A program made the position numbers and the translations under genes. The notes under the pieces are model-generated. The model was given only the letters and a program-made list of their open reading frames with translations. It searched no databases and was not told where the DNA came from. This document shows positions 25,886 through 38,100 of a stretch of 64,000 nt of DNA, piece by piece. Position 1 is the stretch's first letter; every line of letters begins with the position of its first letter. The DNA is from Harriotta raleighana (Eukaryota): assembly GCA_050575255.1 (NCBI GenBank), contig JBNZDD010013596.1, positions 1,192,440 through 1,256,439 of the forward strand. The letters run 5' to 3'.

Positions 25886-26820
25886 CAGTGAAAGCCCGTT
25901 TATCTAGCACTCTCAGGACCTGGCCAATGTTGGTTAAACGGCATGCCGGATATTCAGTCGAATATCCAATCCCGAAAACCCAACACAAAAAAAAAAAACT
26001 TTTTAAAAAACGTTCCATATTAATAATAGTCTAAATAACAGAATATTGTATGGATGGATACCAATAAAGCAATAAATATTGATTACTGTCTACAAACACA
26101 GCACACAATCACAAAGCAATCTTCTACAATGGCAGACGGTAGTGGCTTAAAGTGGCACTGTTGGGTTTTCCTCTCCTTTTTCTTTCTTTCTCTCCCTCCT
26201 TCCCTCTCTCTCTTTCACACACACACTCAGTCAGTCTGGCATCTCAATGGCTCTAAACCCAAACCCCCTCCTCTCATTTTCCATCTAAATTAATCAACTC
26301 ACCCCCTCTTGCTCTCTCTCCCATCCTCTCCCCCACATCTCTCTACCCCTCCCATTCCTCTCTTTCTCCCCCACTACACTTTCCCCCACACCCTCTCTCT
26401 CTCTGCCTCTCTCTCCTTCTCCCACCCCACCCCCCACCAAAACATTGTAAAAAAAAACCACAATATAGTCAAGCTACACAGGCAATACATAGTATCCGTC
26501 AGAGAGAGACGGAAAGAATGAAAGGGGAAGAGATAGATAGAGAGAAAAGAAGAAGAGTGAGAAAGAAAAAGAGGGAGAGAGAAAAAGGAGAGGGAGGAAA
26601 AACCGATATTGCCATTTTAAGAGGAAAAACCGGAAGTGCCACTACCAGTAGCATTCAGAACTAATCGTACTATACTCTAGTGCGACAATCGACTCATTAA
26701 ATGCGCCACCGCGATTGTGCCGGATAAGTTCCGNTTATTCAAATGGGGACCTTTTTTTTTGAGGTGCCGGTTATAAGGAAGTTACGGTTGATCGGGTCAT
26801 GGATAAATAGGTTTTTACTG
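25886..26820 (+). mobile_element. pogo/Tigger-like MITE with internal CT-rich/GA-rich inverted expansion
   Basis: TA|CAGTGAAAGCCCGTTTATC ... GGATAAATAGGTTTTTACTG|TA; same subterminal sequences as 17669-18979. Confidence 0.8.
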
Positions 26821-28324
26821 TACTTCATGGAAATACTGGAGTGCAGTAGTTATGTATTTGCAGGTGAACATTGTGGCCAATTTGCGCACAGCAATCAATG
26901 TCCTACAAACAGCCATGTAGGGAATGACAATCGTTGGTTGTGTCACCGGGAGAAACTCCCTTGTGTAAATGATTATATGAAGTATGAGAAAGGTAAACCT
27001 GAAAACCTGCTTCATTTAGGAATATAAGAGCTTGAAAGTATTCAAGGCCCAAACATGGTACTAATCATTTTACATTCATCCAACAGATCAAGGTGAATGG
27101 TATGTCTATACTTCTTAAAAATAAATACTGCAGTGATCCTAAAATAATTGGACAAACTCCAATGTGTTTAATCCCAATACTTTTTCCAAAAAAATGTGAC
27201 TTCCTTCCCCCTCATCAACAAGCAGCTAAACAAAAAAAATTACTGGTTGTTTATATATTATAGGCACTGATTTATAAGTATGTCGGATACTGGGGTGCCT
27301 ATCATTGTGTGTGAAGATAACCATAAAATGAGGCCTTCTCCTGATTCCAGAACATGTGGTCTGTGAGACTACAGGTTATTTAAAATGTACCAAATAAGAT
27401 GGACAGTATAGAAGGGTCAAGAGAAAACAAAACAATTAAGTGAAAGAAACTCTAAAATCTTATATTATATCAAAATCTAAAAAACAAACACCAATGCATT
27501 CTTTGATGACAAAAGTTCATGTGGATATCTAACATATCTGGTATAATTCTACTAACAACTTATTTTTAAAAGATAGATTATGTCTGGAAACATTTAAAAA
27601 TATTTATCACAAAACCATGACAGATTTAAGGATTCAGTAAGCATCTGCTGTTTGGCACCAAAACTCTCTTACTAGCCAAAAGCCTGCTTAAATTAAGAAA
27701 AAGTTTTGTGTCATTGGCAGTTCAAAGAGTATATACTGTAATATGCCACCACTTTGCAATTCTAATGGGTGAAAATCTCTGGCTAATATTTGTTTCTGAG
27801 ATTATATTTTGCAACATTTCAGTCAGACAAAAATTTGTGGCAGTTTGCCTGTGCAAATTTTTAAAGAATATAGCCTCATCTAAGATCTAAAAGAAATGGG
27901 TTGTTTTTCACCCATTATTTTCCAATCTTCCTTGGTCTGCTGTTGGGAAAAACTCATACATCTGTCTCTGGTTTTACCAAGATAATCCACAGAATGATGC
28001 CAATATCTGGGTTTCAATCTCAAATCAGTTGAGTCCCCTGACATCATGGTCATGGTCAAACAGTGCTCAGGCCAGGCCTCATAATGAAGAGAGTACTGAA
28101 TCCAGGTCTAAATCACAAAGAAGCTGCCAAGCCCTACAGCACTGGTGAGGAGAACAACAAGACTGATCACAGTATTAGAATTATTCTATAAAGAACACCT
28201 AAATAAATTAAGGTTTTTCAATCTTGAGAGCATGTCATTGAAGGGATCTTTTATGCTTTACATGCTAAGTGAAGGAGAGAAAAAGTAAACTACTATTTAT
28301 TAAAAAAATCTAAATATTGCAACC

Positions 28325-28740
28325 AATTGGTAGTATTCTCACTTCTGTGGCAGAAGGTTGTGGGTTCAAGCCCTACGTCATGACTTGAATTATAAATTAG
28401 ACAGACAGTTCATTACTCTCGGGCTCTTGCTATACTGGAGGAATCTTTATTCAGATGACACATTAAAACAAGTGGACGTTAAAAATAAGTTAATCAAAAC
28501 GATTAAATTAAATATTTAAAAACCCCATGGTATTATTTGAAAAGATAAGTTTCTCCCAGTGTCCTGGTCAACAGTCCTCCAGAATAATTGGTCATTCATT
28601 TCATGGCTGCTTGTGGGACCTCGCTGGCGCAAATGGTTGCTGCGTATGCCTACAAAAACAATCACAAAACTCAACAGTAATTATCTTTGAAGCACTCTGA
28701 GACGTTTTGACATGACAAAGTGCTTTAAAAATGCACATTT
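28325..28740 (+). mobile_element. Old Deu-domain SINE
   Basis: TTGGTAGTATTCTCAC...AGAAGGTTGTGGGTTCAAGCCC head; CCCATGGTATTATTTGAA; CCCAGTGTCCTGG; family-type tail. Confidence 0.7.
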
Positions 28741-29921
28741 TTTCTTCCTTCAATAATTTCTGGAAAACAGGAACAAGGGTGATGTGGAGAATCCAAACAG
28801 GAAGGGGCTCACCAAGCTATTGCAGAAACGAGATGGATTGACCTCCACTTTAAAGCTCAGACATCATCAGTCTCAAATGAAGGGGATTTACATCCCCTGT
28901 AACTGAGATGGAAAATGCTGAAGCCTGAAAACAGATGGAATCAAAATGTGAACAAAACACAAACTAGTGGAATCACGAGGATTATAAACAGAATTGTTGA
29001 AAATCCCACAGCAGATCAATCAGCAACGTAAAAGGTAGGTAACCATTTTGGAAAGAACCCTTCGCTGGTTCTGACGAGTGATCATGTATGAAATGTTATC
29101 ATATCTCTCTTTCAGGTGCTGATTGATCTGCTGTGGATTTCTAGCATTTAATGGGAATTTAAAGGATTTGCTAAAAAGTTTAGCTGCTTTTGATAGTAGA
29201 AAATTGTGCTCCCAACACAAATCAAAATGATTTTGCAATCTCTTGTACTACTAAAGTCACCTCTTTGATGCCTTGACTTAACTCTTTTATAAGACCTAGA
29301 TCGATGTAGAACAAACTAAGTCTGTCAATGATGTGAAATTCATACATTTGCATTCTAGATGGATTCTACAATTATACTAGTGAGAAAGTAGCCCATTCCA
29401 GATTGGGCAATAGGAAGGAATTTAGGAAGGCTTGTAAAGTAGTATCAGTTGGGACCATACATTTAATGTGACTTGTGCAAAGTATGAGAGTTATGTCAAA
29501 CCTGCATAAATTATATCGTATATGATTTATGTGGTTAAATATTAAATTGGATTATCTATGATTTACAACTGGCTGGTGACATTAAGGAAAGGTTTCAAAG
29601 TAGAAATTTTCAGACCCATCATTTTCCGGACCAACCATTTGACGTACTTTTTAATCAATTTTATTGTCTGTAAATGAATTATTTGAATATTCCTGTTGAC
29701 TTCCCTGATTTTATTGTATTTTTCTTGCAGTGGAAGATGATACAAAAGTGTGAATTATTTAGAAGTCGGAGGGAGGATGTTAAGAGTCAACTTATAAATG
29801 TGTTCTTTTTGAGACATCTGCGGGAAACAAAGGTTTGACCAGGCAGCTGGTAAGTGTGGTAGCGGCAAGTGTGGTGGCCGCATTAAGAGTGACAAGTGCT
29901 ACAGTACTCAAATAATAAATA

Positions 29922-30244
29922 CAGTAAAACCTTGTTTATCCGTGACTCAATGAACTGGAAAACCCGTTCAACCACCATCTCCAAAAAAAGTCACTCCTGC
30001 TCTTTTTACAAGTCACGTTTTTTTTTACCTCCGTTGGTTGAGGACTGCCATTGCAAAGTTAGCTATAAATAATAAAGTACTCATACAATATTCTGCTATT
30101 ATTTAGTCTATTATTAATGCTATGTGTTAAAATAATTTTTAATTAAGAATTTATTTTTTAAATGTTTAAAAACTGTTCAACTGGAAACCCGTTTAACCGC
30201 CACTGGCCAGGTCCCATGGGTGCCAGATAAACGAGGTTTTACTG
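29922..30244 (-). mobile_element. Internally deleted pogo/Tigger-like MITE
   Basis: CAGTAAAACCTTGTTTATCCGTGACTC ... GATAAACGAGGTTTTACTG TIRs. Confidence 0.85.
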
Positions 30245-30349
30245 CATAATAATCCTTGCATTTGCTATAGTGCCTTTCACATCTTATTGACGTCTCAAAG
30301 TACTTCACAAAATATATTATAAAATTAATTGACTGTATATTTGTGGGCG

Positions 30350-31340
30350 AACTTGACTAATCGCCAGCAGTAAATGTTGGCCAATGCATTCTCTTCTCAC
30401 CCCTGCCTGGTCACCTCCAAGGTATCCCAAGGCTCTATCCTTGGCCCCCTTCTTTTCACCATTTACGTGCTCCCTCTCGGCGATGTCATCTGCAGACATG
30501 TGATCAACTTCCACATAAATCCGGATGACACCCAAATCTACTTCTCCTCCAGCTGAGACTCCCAGTTCACTGATGACCTGTCAGTTGAACATCGGCAAGA
30601 CAGGAGCCATATTCTTCAGCTCCCGTCAATGTCTTCTTTACTGTGGGTCAGATCTTCTCAATCAGACTCACCGATCCTGTGCGTAATTTAGGCTACAGGT
30701 TCAATCCACAGCTTTCCTTTCTCCCCTTCATCCGTTCCCTGACCAGGACTGCTTTTTTCCATATCTGGCACATTACCTGTCTTTGTACATACCTCACACC
30801 CACAGCAGCCAAAACTCTCGTCCATGACTTTGTCACTGTGCGGCTGGACTTTTCACAGTTCCATCATACATAAAATACAATTAATTCAGAACTCTGCCAC
30901 CTGGATACTATCCGGTACATGACTCCGGTCCCCCATAACACCTGTCCTTGCCAGGCTGCACTAGCTCCCAATTAACCTACTTCAAGATCCTCTCACTCAT
31001 TTTCAAATCCCTTCCTGCTCTCCCACCTCAGTAACTATCCGATTTGCATATCCCCCAATCCACTACCCCTGTTCATCCTTCGCCCCCCTCCAATCCACCA
31101 ACGGTGACAGTGCTTTCAGCCACTACACTCCAGCATGTAAATGAACTATCTCCCACAATCCCTGCCTTGTCCCATCCCTCCACATTCAAATCCCAGCTGA
31201 AGATTTTCCTTTTTGATCATGCTTACGGTCACCTTCCCCTTCCCTCTCCTCCCGGCTCAGGGTCAGACTCCGCAAATGTCTAGTGCTCCAGGATGCTACC
31301 CATCTTGAAGGGCGCTGTATAAATGCACATTGTTGCTGTT
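30350..31340 (+). mobile_element. Degenerate L2 LINE
   Basis: [26 protein letters not shown] and RNLGYRFNPQLSF motifs; L2 tail GGGCGCTGTATAAATGC. Confidence 0.85.
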
Positions 31341-31454
31341 GTATCTTTCTGTCTTCTTCTCCATCAATTCCTGTTTTAATCAACAACTTGCATTTATGTT
31401 AATATTACTTTGATCAATATTCCTGTTACTATTACTGTTTGGTTGTTATTACTT

Positions 31455-32358
31455 TACGTTGATCATGCCATCTTCTGCCGCCTCTCCTCCGTCATCCACC
31501 TCAGTGGGACTGCACTCATTTGGTTCGAGACCAACTTCACTAACCGCCAGCAGTACATCTCTACTAATGGCTTTTCCTTTTGCTTTCGCTCGGTCACCTG
31601 AGGGGTACCCCAAGCATCCATCCTTGTCCTCCTTCTCTTCCTAATCTAATTGCTCCCTCTTGGTGACATCATCCTCAGACACACTTCCATACGTATGCAG
31701 ATAACATCCAACTCTACTTTTCTCCCTCAAATTGCGACCCCCAATTATTCTTCCTCCCCCACATACGGTCCCTCACCAGCATCTCCGCCACATTGCCCGT
31801 CTGCGCCAATATCTCACCCCTAAAACTGCTGAAACCCTGGTCCATGCCTTTGTCACCTCTCGCCTGGTCTATTCAAACGCCCTCCTGGCTGGTCTTCCCT
31901 CCAGCACCATTCATAAAATTCAGCTCATTCAAAATTCTGCTGCCCGCATTCTCACCTAAACCAAACTTTGCTCCCTGATTACTCCAGTCCTTGCCAGACT
32001 TCATTGGTTCTCTGTCTCTTAAATCATCTGTCCAGCGCCTTGGGACGTCCTCCTGACGTGAAACGCGCTCTATAAATGTAATTTTGTTGTTGTTGTTGTT
32101 GTCTCAGAGCGGATCGACTTCCATCCTCACTCTTGTGGTTCAAATCTCTCCACTCCTCTGCACCCCCCTAACTCTCTAACCTCCTCTCTCCTCACAACAG
32201 TACCATTAACTTCGCTCTACCGAGTCTGGTCTCCTCGTCCCCCGAATCATCCGTTCCATCGTCGGCAGCCATGCTTTCAGCCACTATGCCCCGAACTTGG
32301 GGAACTCCCTCCCTCACGCCCTTCATCTCACCCCTTCCTTTTCTATTTTCAACAACAA
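31455..32358 (+). mobile_element. L2 LINE fragment with a short L2 tail inserted at about 32018-32100
   Basis: YADNIQLY and [19 protein letters not shown]...[10 protein letters not shown]; inserted tail flanked by a TGTCTC duplication. Confidence 0.85.
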
Positions 32359-32693
32359 NNNNNNNNNNNNNNNNNNNNNNNNNNNNNNNNNNNNNNNNNN
32401 NNNNNNNNNNNNNNNNNNNNNNNNNNNNNNNNNNNNNNNNNNNNNNNNNNNNNNNNNNNNNNNNNNNNNNNNNNNNNNNNNNNNNNNNNNNNNNNNNNNN
32501 NNNNNNNNNNNNNNNNNNNNNNNNNNNNNNNNNNNNNNNNNNNNNNNNNNNNNNNNNNNNNNNNNNNNNNNNNNNNNNNNNNNNNNNNNNNNNNNNNNNN
32601 NNNNNNNNNNNNNNNNNNNNNNNNNNNNNNNNNNNNNNNNNNNNNNNNNNNNNNNNNNNNNNNNNNNNNNNNNNNNNNNNNNNNNNNNNNNNN
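32359..32693. other. Assembly gap
   Basis: Run of N, adjacent to a GTGGGGCTGTTGTTACTC tandem repeat. Confidence 0.99.
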
Positions 32694-32750
32694 GTGGGGC
32701 TGTTGTTACTCAGTGCGTGGGGCTGTTGTTACTCGGTGTGTTGTTATTAC

Positions 32751-33104
32751 CTGTAACACCCGCTGACAGAAGCTGTTGATGGAGCTGAGGGAGGTCAGGT
32801 CCAGGCTGCGGGTGAGCAGCATTCCGGCCGAGGTCAGTTTCCTGATGTCGGTCACGGCCTCCTGTGCGGCTCGGGGGTCCCTGCAGGCGAGGATGACCCT
32901 GGCGCCGGCCCGGGCCAGCTCCCCCGCCGCCGCCTTCCCGATCCCGCTGTTAGCGCCCGTCACGATCACCGTCTTCCCGCGCATCGGCTTCGTCACCCGC
33001 CGCGGCAGTTGGCCTCGCGGCCGGGCCCACAGCAGCCTCCGAGCCACGAGCAGCCCCGCTCCCAGCAGCACCAGCGACACCGTTACCAGGGCCACCGCCG
33101 CCAT
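32751..33104 (-). CDS. RDH14: Retinol dehydrogenase 14, coding exon 1 (118 aa)
   Basis: ATG at 33104; N-terminal hydrophobic anchor, MRGKTVIVTGANSGIG (TGxxxGxG), ARVILACRD, LDLTSLSSI; donor CAG|gtaata at 32750, phase 0, in frame with exon 2. Confidence 0.93.
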
Positions 33105-33300
33105 ACAGCAGCCCCGGGCCGACCACACACTGCCCCTGCGGTAACACAGACCAGCCCCGGGCCGACCACACACTGTCCCTGCGGTGACGCAGCCCAGCAG
33201 CAGCCCTGGGCCCACTACGCACCAGCTTGACCCCGCACACTCCGCCTGCGGTGACAGTCCCCGCTCCCCACACAGTCTCTCTCCCTGTGGTGACAGAGTC
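33105..33300. repeat. Degenerate 35-43 bp tandem repeat in the RDH14 5' leader
   Basis: GCCCCGGGCCGACCACACACTG[C/T]CCCTGCGGT twice, followed by two decayed units ending CCTG[C/T]GGTGAC. Confidence 0.8.
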
Positions 33301-33573
33301 TGGCTTCACTACCAGAGCCAACCACTACCATGTACCCAGCGCCCTTACACAGCGTAACAACACCGAGCCCGGGCTTGGGGTCAGAGGAAGAGGAGAGGTC
33401 ACCATAGACACGGTCAGAGAGGGACCTCACCCTCTCCCTGCAGTCACAGGGCCTGGCCTCTACCTTGGGGCCAATCGCGGTGACCAGAACCAGGTCCCTA
33501 TTGCCCAGCAGCGACTGGCACTGAAACTGCCTTACGCTGGTCATTCAGAACTCCCAATTCCCTCCCGCGCCTT

Positions 33574-34077
33574 GGGTCACCCCTCCCCGAGGTGAGAGGG
33601 GTCACCCCCCCCCCACCCCGAGGTGAGAGGGGTCACCCCCCCCGAGGTGAGAGGGGTCAACCCCCCCCCCCNNNNNNNNNNNNNNNNNNNNNNNNNNNNN
33701 NNNNNNNNNNNNNNNNNNNNNNNNNNNNNNNNNNNNNNNNNNNNNNNNNNNNNNNNNNNNNNNNNNNNNNNNNNNNNNNNNNNNNNNNNNNNNNNNNNNN
33801 NNNNNNNNNNNNNNNNNNNNNNNNNNNNNNNNNNNNNNNNNNNNNNNNNNNNNNNNNNNNNNNNNNNNNNNNNNNNNNNNNNNNNNNNNNNNNNNNNNNN
33901 NNNNNNNNNNNNNNNNNNNNNNNNNNNNNNNNNNNNNNNNNNNNNNNNNNNNNCCCCGAGGTGAGAGGGGTCACCCCCCCCCGAGGTGAGAGGTGTCACC
34001 CCCCCGAGGTGAGAGGGGTCACCCCCCCCCCGAGGTGAGAGGGGTCACCCCCCCCCCCGAGGTGAGAGGTGTCACCC
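33574..34077. repeat. GC-rich minisatellite, unit about CCCCCCCGAGGTGAGAGGGGTCA (22-31 bp), spanning gap 33672-33953
   Basis: Eight visible units separated only by variable poly-C. Confidence 0.95.
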
Positions 34078-34499
34078 AACGGTAATATTCTTGTCGTCCT
34101 TCCACGTTGTGGCCGATTGACAGTCGCCTATCCTGCGGGCGTTTCCGAGGTCCTCGTGGCGAGCTTGTGTAGCACGTTGGAAGTAATTAAACTGCACACT
34201 TTGTTTCCTTCATTTGACATGGCGCGTTTCATGGAGTCCGTCTCCAAAGAGGTTTGCGGGGTTTTCTGCAAATAAATTTGTGTGCTTGGGTAAGGGTGAG
34301 CGGAGCAACTGTTAAATCGGTTTGGAACCGAAAGAAGGGATACTTCTTCTTTCATGCTTCTTGTGCTCTCGCCTGGTATCTTCCATACAGAGAGAGCAGC
34401 GGGAGAAAGGGTAAGATCGGGCACGCAGCCCTTGTATTTCAAGGTTCATCTCGGTGTCTTTGGGACGAGCCCCATCTGAAATGAGTTTGGGCAATCCAG

Positions 34500-34810
34500 C
34501 AGATCCGTTCCTTGTAACTGGAATCAATGACCAATACCATTGGTGGACTGGCCTTCAGCCATTCTGCACCCACCCTTTGGAACCCCATCCTGCAGTCCCC
34601 CCGCCTCGTCCCCTCACTTGCTGCCTTCAAGATCTGTCTCGAGACCTTCCTCTTCGACCGTGCCTTCGGTCACTCCTTTTCCTCCTGCCCCCCCATCCTC
34701 CCTAATCCTGACCCGCCCCCAGTTTGAGTCCAAAACACTTGATTAGTCCAGCACCTTGGGACGTCCTCCCGATGTGAAAGGCGCTATAGAAATGTAATTT
34801 TATTGTTGCA
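34500..34810 (+). mobile_element. L2 LINE 3' end
   Basis: TIGGLAFSHSAPTLWN; tail CCTTGGGACGTCCTCCCGATGTGAAAGGCGCTATAGAAATG. Confidence 0.85.
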
Positions 34811-34859
34811 GTAGTGCAGACATTGGCAGTTTCACTCGTTCTCTGTTTATTAGGTAAAT

Positions 34860-35120
34860 AATATCAGATTAAAAAGGAAATTAGAAAATTTGATGGAGAG
34901 GATGGTTGGAAAGTTGATTAGCACACAGAGAGGCTATTGTTGTAGCACAGACCATTTTAAAGAAAAAAGGAATTTGTTAGATACTTGAAAAAGCATTATT
35001 AAAGGAAATAGTGAGAAGGAGTATGTGGGAATTGGATTAAGCAGCTCATGTGGAGAAGAAAGCCCAACTTGTGCTTGATGGGCCAAATGGCTTGTTTCTC
35101 TGCTGTCACATTTAATAAAT
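34860..35120 (+). mobile_element. CR1 LINE 3' fragment
   Basis: CAGCTCATGTGGAGAAGAAA...GATGGGCCAAATGGCTTGTTTCTCTGCTG terminal motif. Confidence 0.6.
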
Positions 35121-38100
35121 CTAACATTCAAATGCCGATTCTGTCAAATCTGAGAACCCATGGATAAATTTAACAATGCCTAACTTCAACAAAGATCTAA
35201 CAACTCCCTAACCTCAGTCACTAAATCTTTGCCAGCACCATTCTTAGATCCCTTATATTGTTGCCACCTCACCCAATTGCTTCTGGTCTCTTGGCTTGCA
35301 CGTTACAGAATTTCCACACTTGCCTTGTTTGCTGTGCAGGGATCAGATGATGAAATATTGCCATTTTTTCACCCTGCGTGCCAGTGTTTTGCAGAGTTGG
35401 CAGGAACACGTATGTTTAGAATTCTCCCGAATGCCACTGCAAGTTAGATATTAAACTTGGAATCGTAAACACTGCAGTGTGGTCTGCATGGAAAATACAT
35501 TGAAACATTCTTGTTGGGTTAACAGTTTTATTCAGTACCCAGCCTCAATCGTGCCTGTGAGTGTTTGATGATGAGATTGGTGTCAAAATGGGCTTGTATT
35601 TAATGTATTCTTCACGGTAATAAATAGAAAACCTTATCCAAATATACTAGTTATACAATATTTTATATTGCAAAAATACCATGCATTTCAAGAAAGATTT
35701 CAAGAAAGGCGTTTCGCCCACATATATACAATCAATTAACTTTGCAGTATATTCTGTGAAGCTCTTTGAGATGTCGAGAAAATGTAAATAACGCTGTATC
35801 AAATACAAGGTTTATTGTATTATTATCTATTGGACACATTGTTTTGCAGTGGGTAGAACTGGGCAGAAGTGGGAGTTTGTTCCAGGCACTAACACAAGAA
35901 GCATGTAAGACCTAGTCTCACTTCATTAATTACAAACTGATTAACAGTTGCTTTAAATTATATCTATCAGAAGAAGACGGTCTTGTCGAATCAGACGTAG
36001 GCTTTGAAACTCTGCTTAGGGTCAAAAAGATTGCCAAGCTTGGCCATTATCTGATTCAGCCTGAGTAAGCAGCCAATGCGGTCAATGGAATAAGGAGCAC
36101 ATGATTTCTTGCAAGAACCAAATAAAAATGTTCCATGCCTGAATTGTAATCCAGCAATTAAGCAATTTGCTATATTTTGCACATTCTGAAATGCTTAGAT
36201 AATCCAGACCCAGATGGATATTTTCCTGAACAGTTAACCATTGGGAATACTGGCAAGTTTCCTGCTTTGTTGTAGTTCAGATCACCCTAACCATAAAGTT
36301 TGGGCTCGCAGGATTAACAAGAACTGTGTGAGAAGAATGCATGTCTTTAGTAAGATTCAGGTCCTACCAATGGACCAGGTTGGATCATTTGATATCGTTA
36401 TTGCCTTGATGTAATGTGGACCAAACTAGTTCAGGGATTGGATTACAAGAGGATCAAGTCGAATCGAGTGTCAGATATGTCAAATTTGAACTCAGTCATA
36501 AAGGAACTCCATTTCACTTCCCCTCCCCCCAGAGCGATAAGCACCAATTGGTAGATATTAACTTGTTACTTACAAATAATGGGAAACATGAATCTTAATG
36601 ATCTCAGTACTGTTTTTCCTAGTTGAGAGAAGCAAAGCCGATGCAAGGGAATGTCAAGGTTTTGGATGAAATGTCTTATAGGATCCACCCATCCCTCAGA
36701 TATTACTGTTTGGCCTTTTTGCCTTATTTGAAAGATAACATATGTGCATACAGAACAATTTTAATTCGAAACACAACTATTGCATGTCAATGCAAATCAT
36801 CTACGTTTTACTCTTGAAAAAAGCCAGCTCCTTTAAAAAGAGCTTAGACCTTAAATTGCACATCATTTATGGCACTGTAATGCACAATTATTGGTCCGAA
36901 ACACTCCAGTAAAGTTTTTTTTTATTAAGAATGGTTTATCTCAGCTTGGTAACTCATAGGAATAAATGCACACTGCAAAATAACTCACAATTTATTCAGA
37001 CAAATTGACAAAATTATTCAAGCATGCTACTGGTTACCTCCCTCCCCGCTGTGTGTCCAGGACAGTCTCTGAAATAGTATTCTTTGTGAAGGACTCTACC
37101 TAAATGTTCATTATTGCTGTGGTTATAGATGCTTACATGAGTTCATTTTAGAGGTTCAAAACTACCCTCTGATTATTGACCTAAATCTAGCTCACTCTCT
37201 TTGCTTAGTTACTTAAATCATGGAATGGTAGAAATGTACAGCACAGAAGGAGTCCATTTGGCTCATCGAATCTGCATTGGCTCTAAGTGCTACCTTTTCA
37301 TTCAATAGCATTGCCCCTCCCCATAACTCAAAAAACTTGTATTCACTTCAAACAATTATTTTTGAAACTATTTTTTTTCTCCCACTGGTTGCCCTCAGCC
37401 TCCTTGTGTCTGGGCATGGTTCCATAGGTGCTAAGTGTTCTCCAGTAACACATCCAAGATCTTGGCAGTATCAGGCCACTCGACTTTCCCAGCTGAGCCT
37501 GATCTCTTTCTTCACCCAAATGCCCCACCAATGTACAACCAGTGGAGAGTGCTAAGCAGAAACAAGAGGAAGATCCAGGATCCACCTCACGGGAAGGTTG
37601 CTAGATAAATGCAAGTTGTTGATGTTGAAGAACCTGGTTGCCCTTCCCCTCCCTAAATCTACCATACCATCCTCTGATTAGTTGACTAACCACTGTTCTC
37701 TGATTGTTTTCTTAATACTGTAATGTTCTCCAGTTTACTTAAATTTACCACATTGCCCTTTAAATTGGTAACTTAAAACTATAAAATTGCAGGCAACAGC
37801 GAGCTGCTCAGCAATTAAGTCTAGTTTCTCTGACTTGGATAAAGGCAGATTTACTGGCATTTCTTGAGGATAATATTGAGGAAATGTTTCCCATATATCT
37901 TAAATAGAACTAAAGAAATCATCCATAAAGTATGAGTACATTTATTATCCTCGGTATTCGCTTCTCCAGGGAACCCATCTATCCTGATTCCATAGAGCCA
38001 TAGAGTTGTGTTGCAGGAAAGTAAAACCATTTTACACAAAATTGGCCACTAGGTGGAACCTTTGTGCTAATTTTAAAAATATGGTTAAAATTTACAACAA

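Larger units (their letters stand above)
32751..34460. promoter_or_regulatory. CpG island / RDH14 promoter region
   Basis: High GC and CpG against an AT-rich background; CCAAT at 33471; YY1-like ACATGGCG at about 34217. Confidence 0.75.

Noticed and set aside
32776-33595. Several overlapping plus- and minus-strand ORFs in the CpG island
   Set aside because: Stop-codon depletion in GC-rich DNA and the antisense shadow of RDH14 exon 1; no recognisable domains
32271-34038. ORFs containing long X runs
   Set aside because: They are open only because they cross N gaps
33574-34077. CRISPR-like repeat array
   Set aside because: Units are separated only by poly-C, there are no unique spacers or cas genes, and the DNA is eukaryotic
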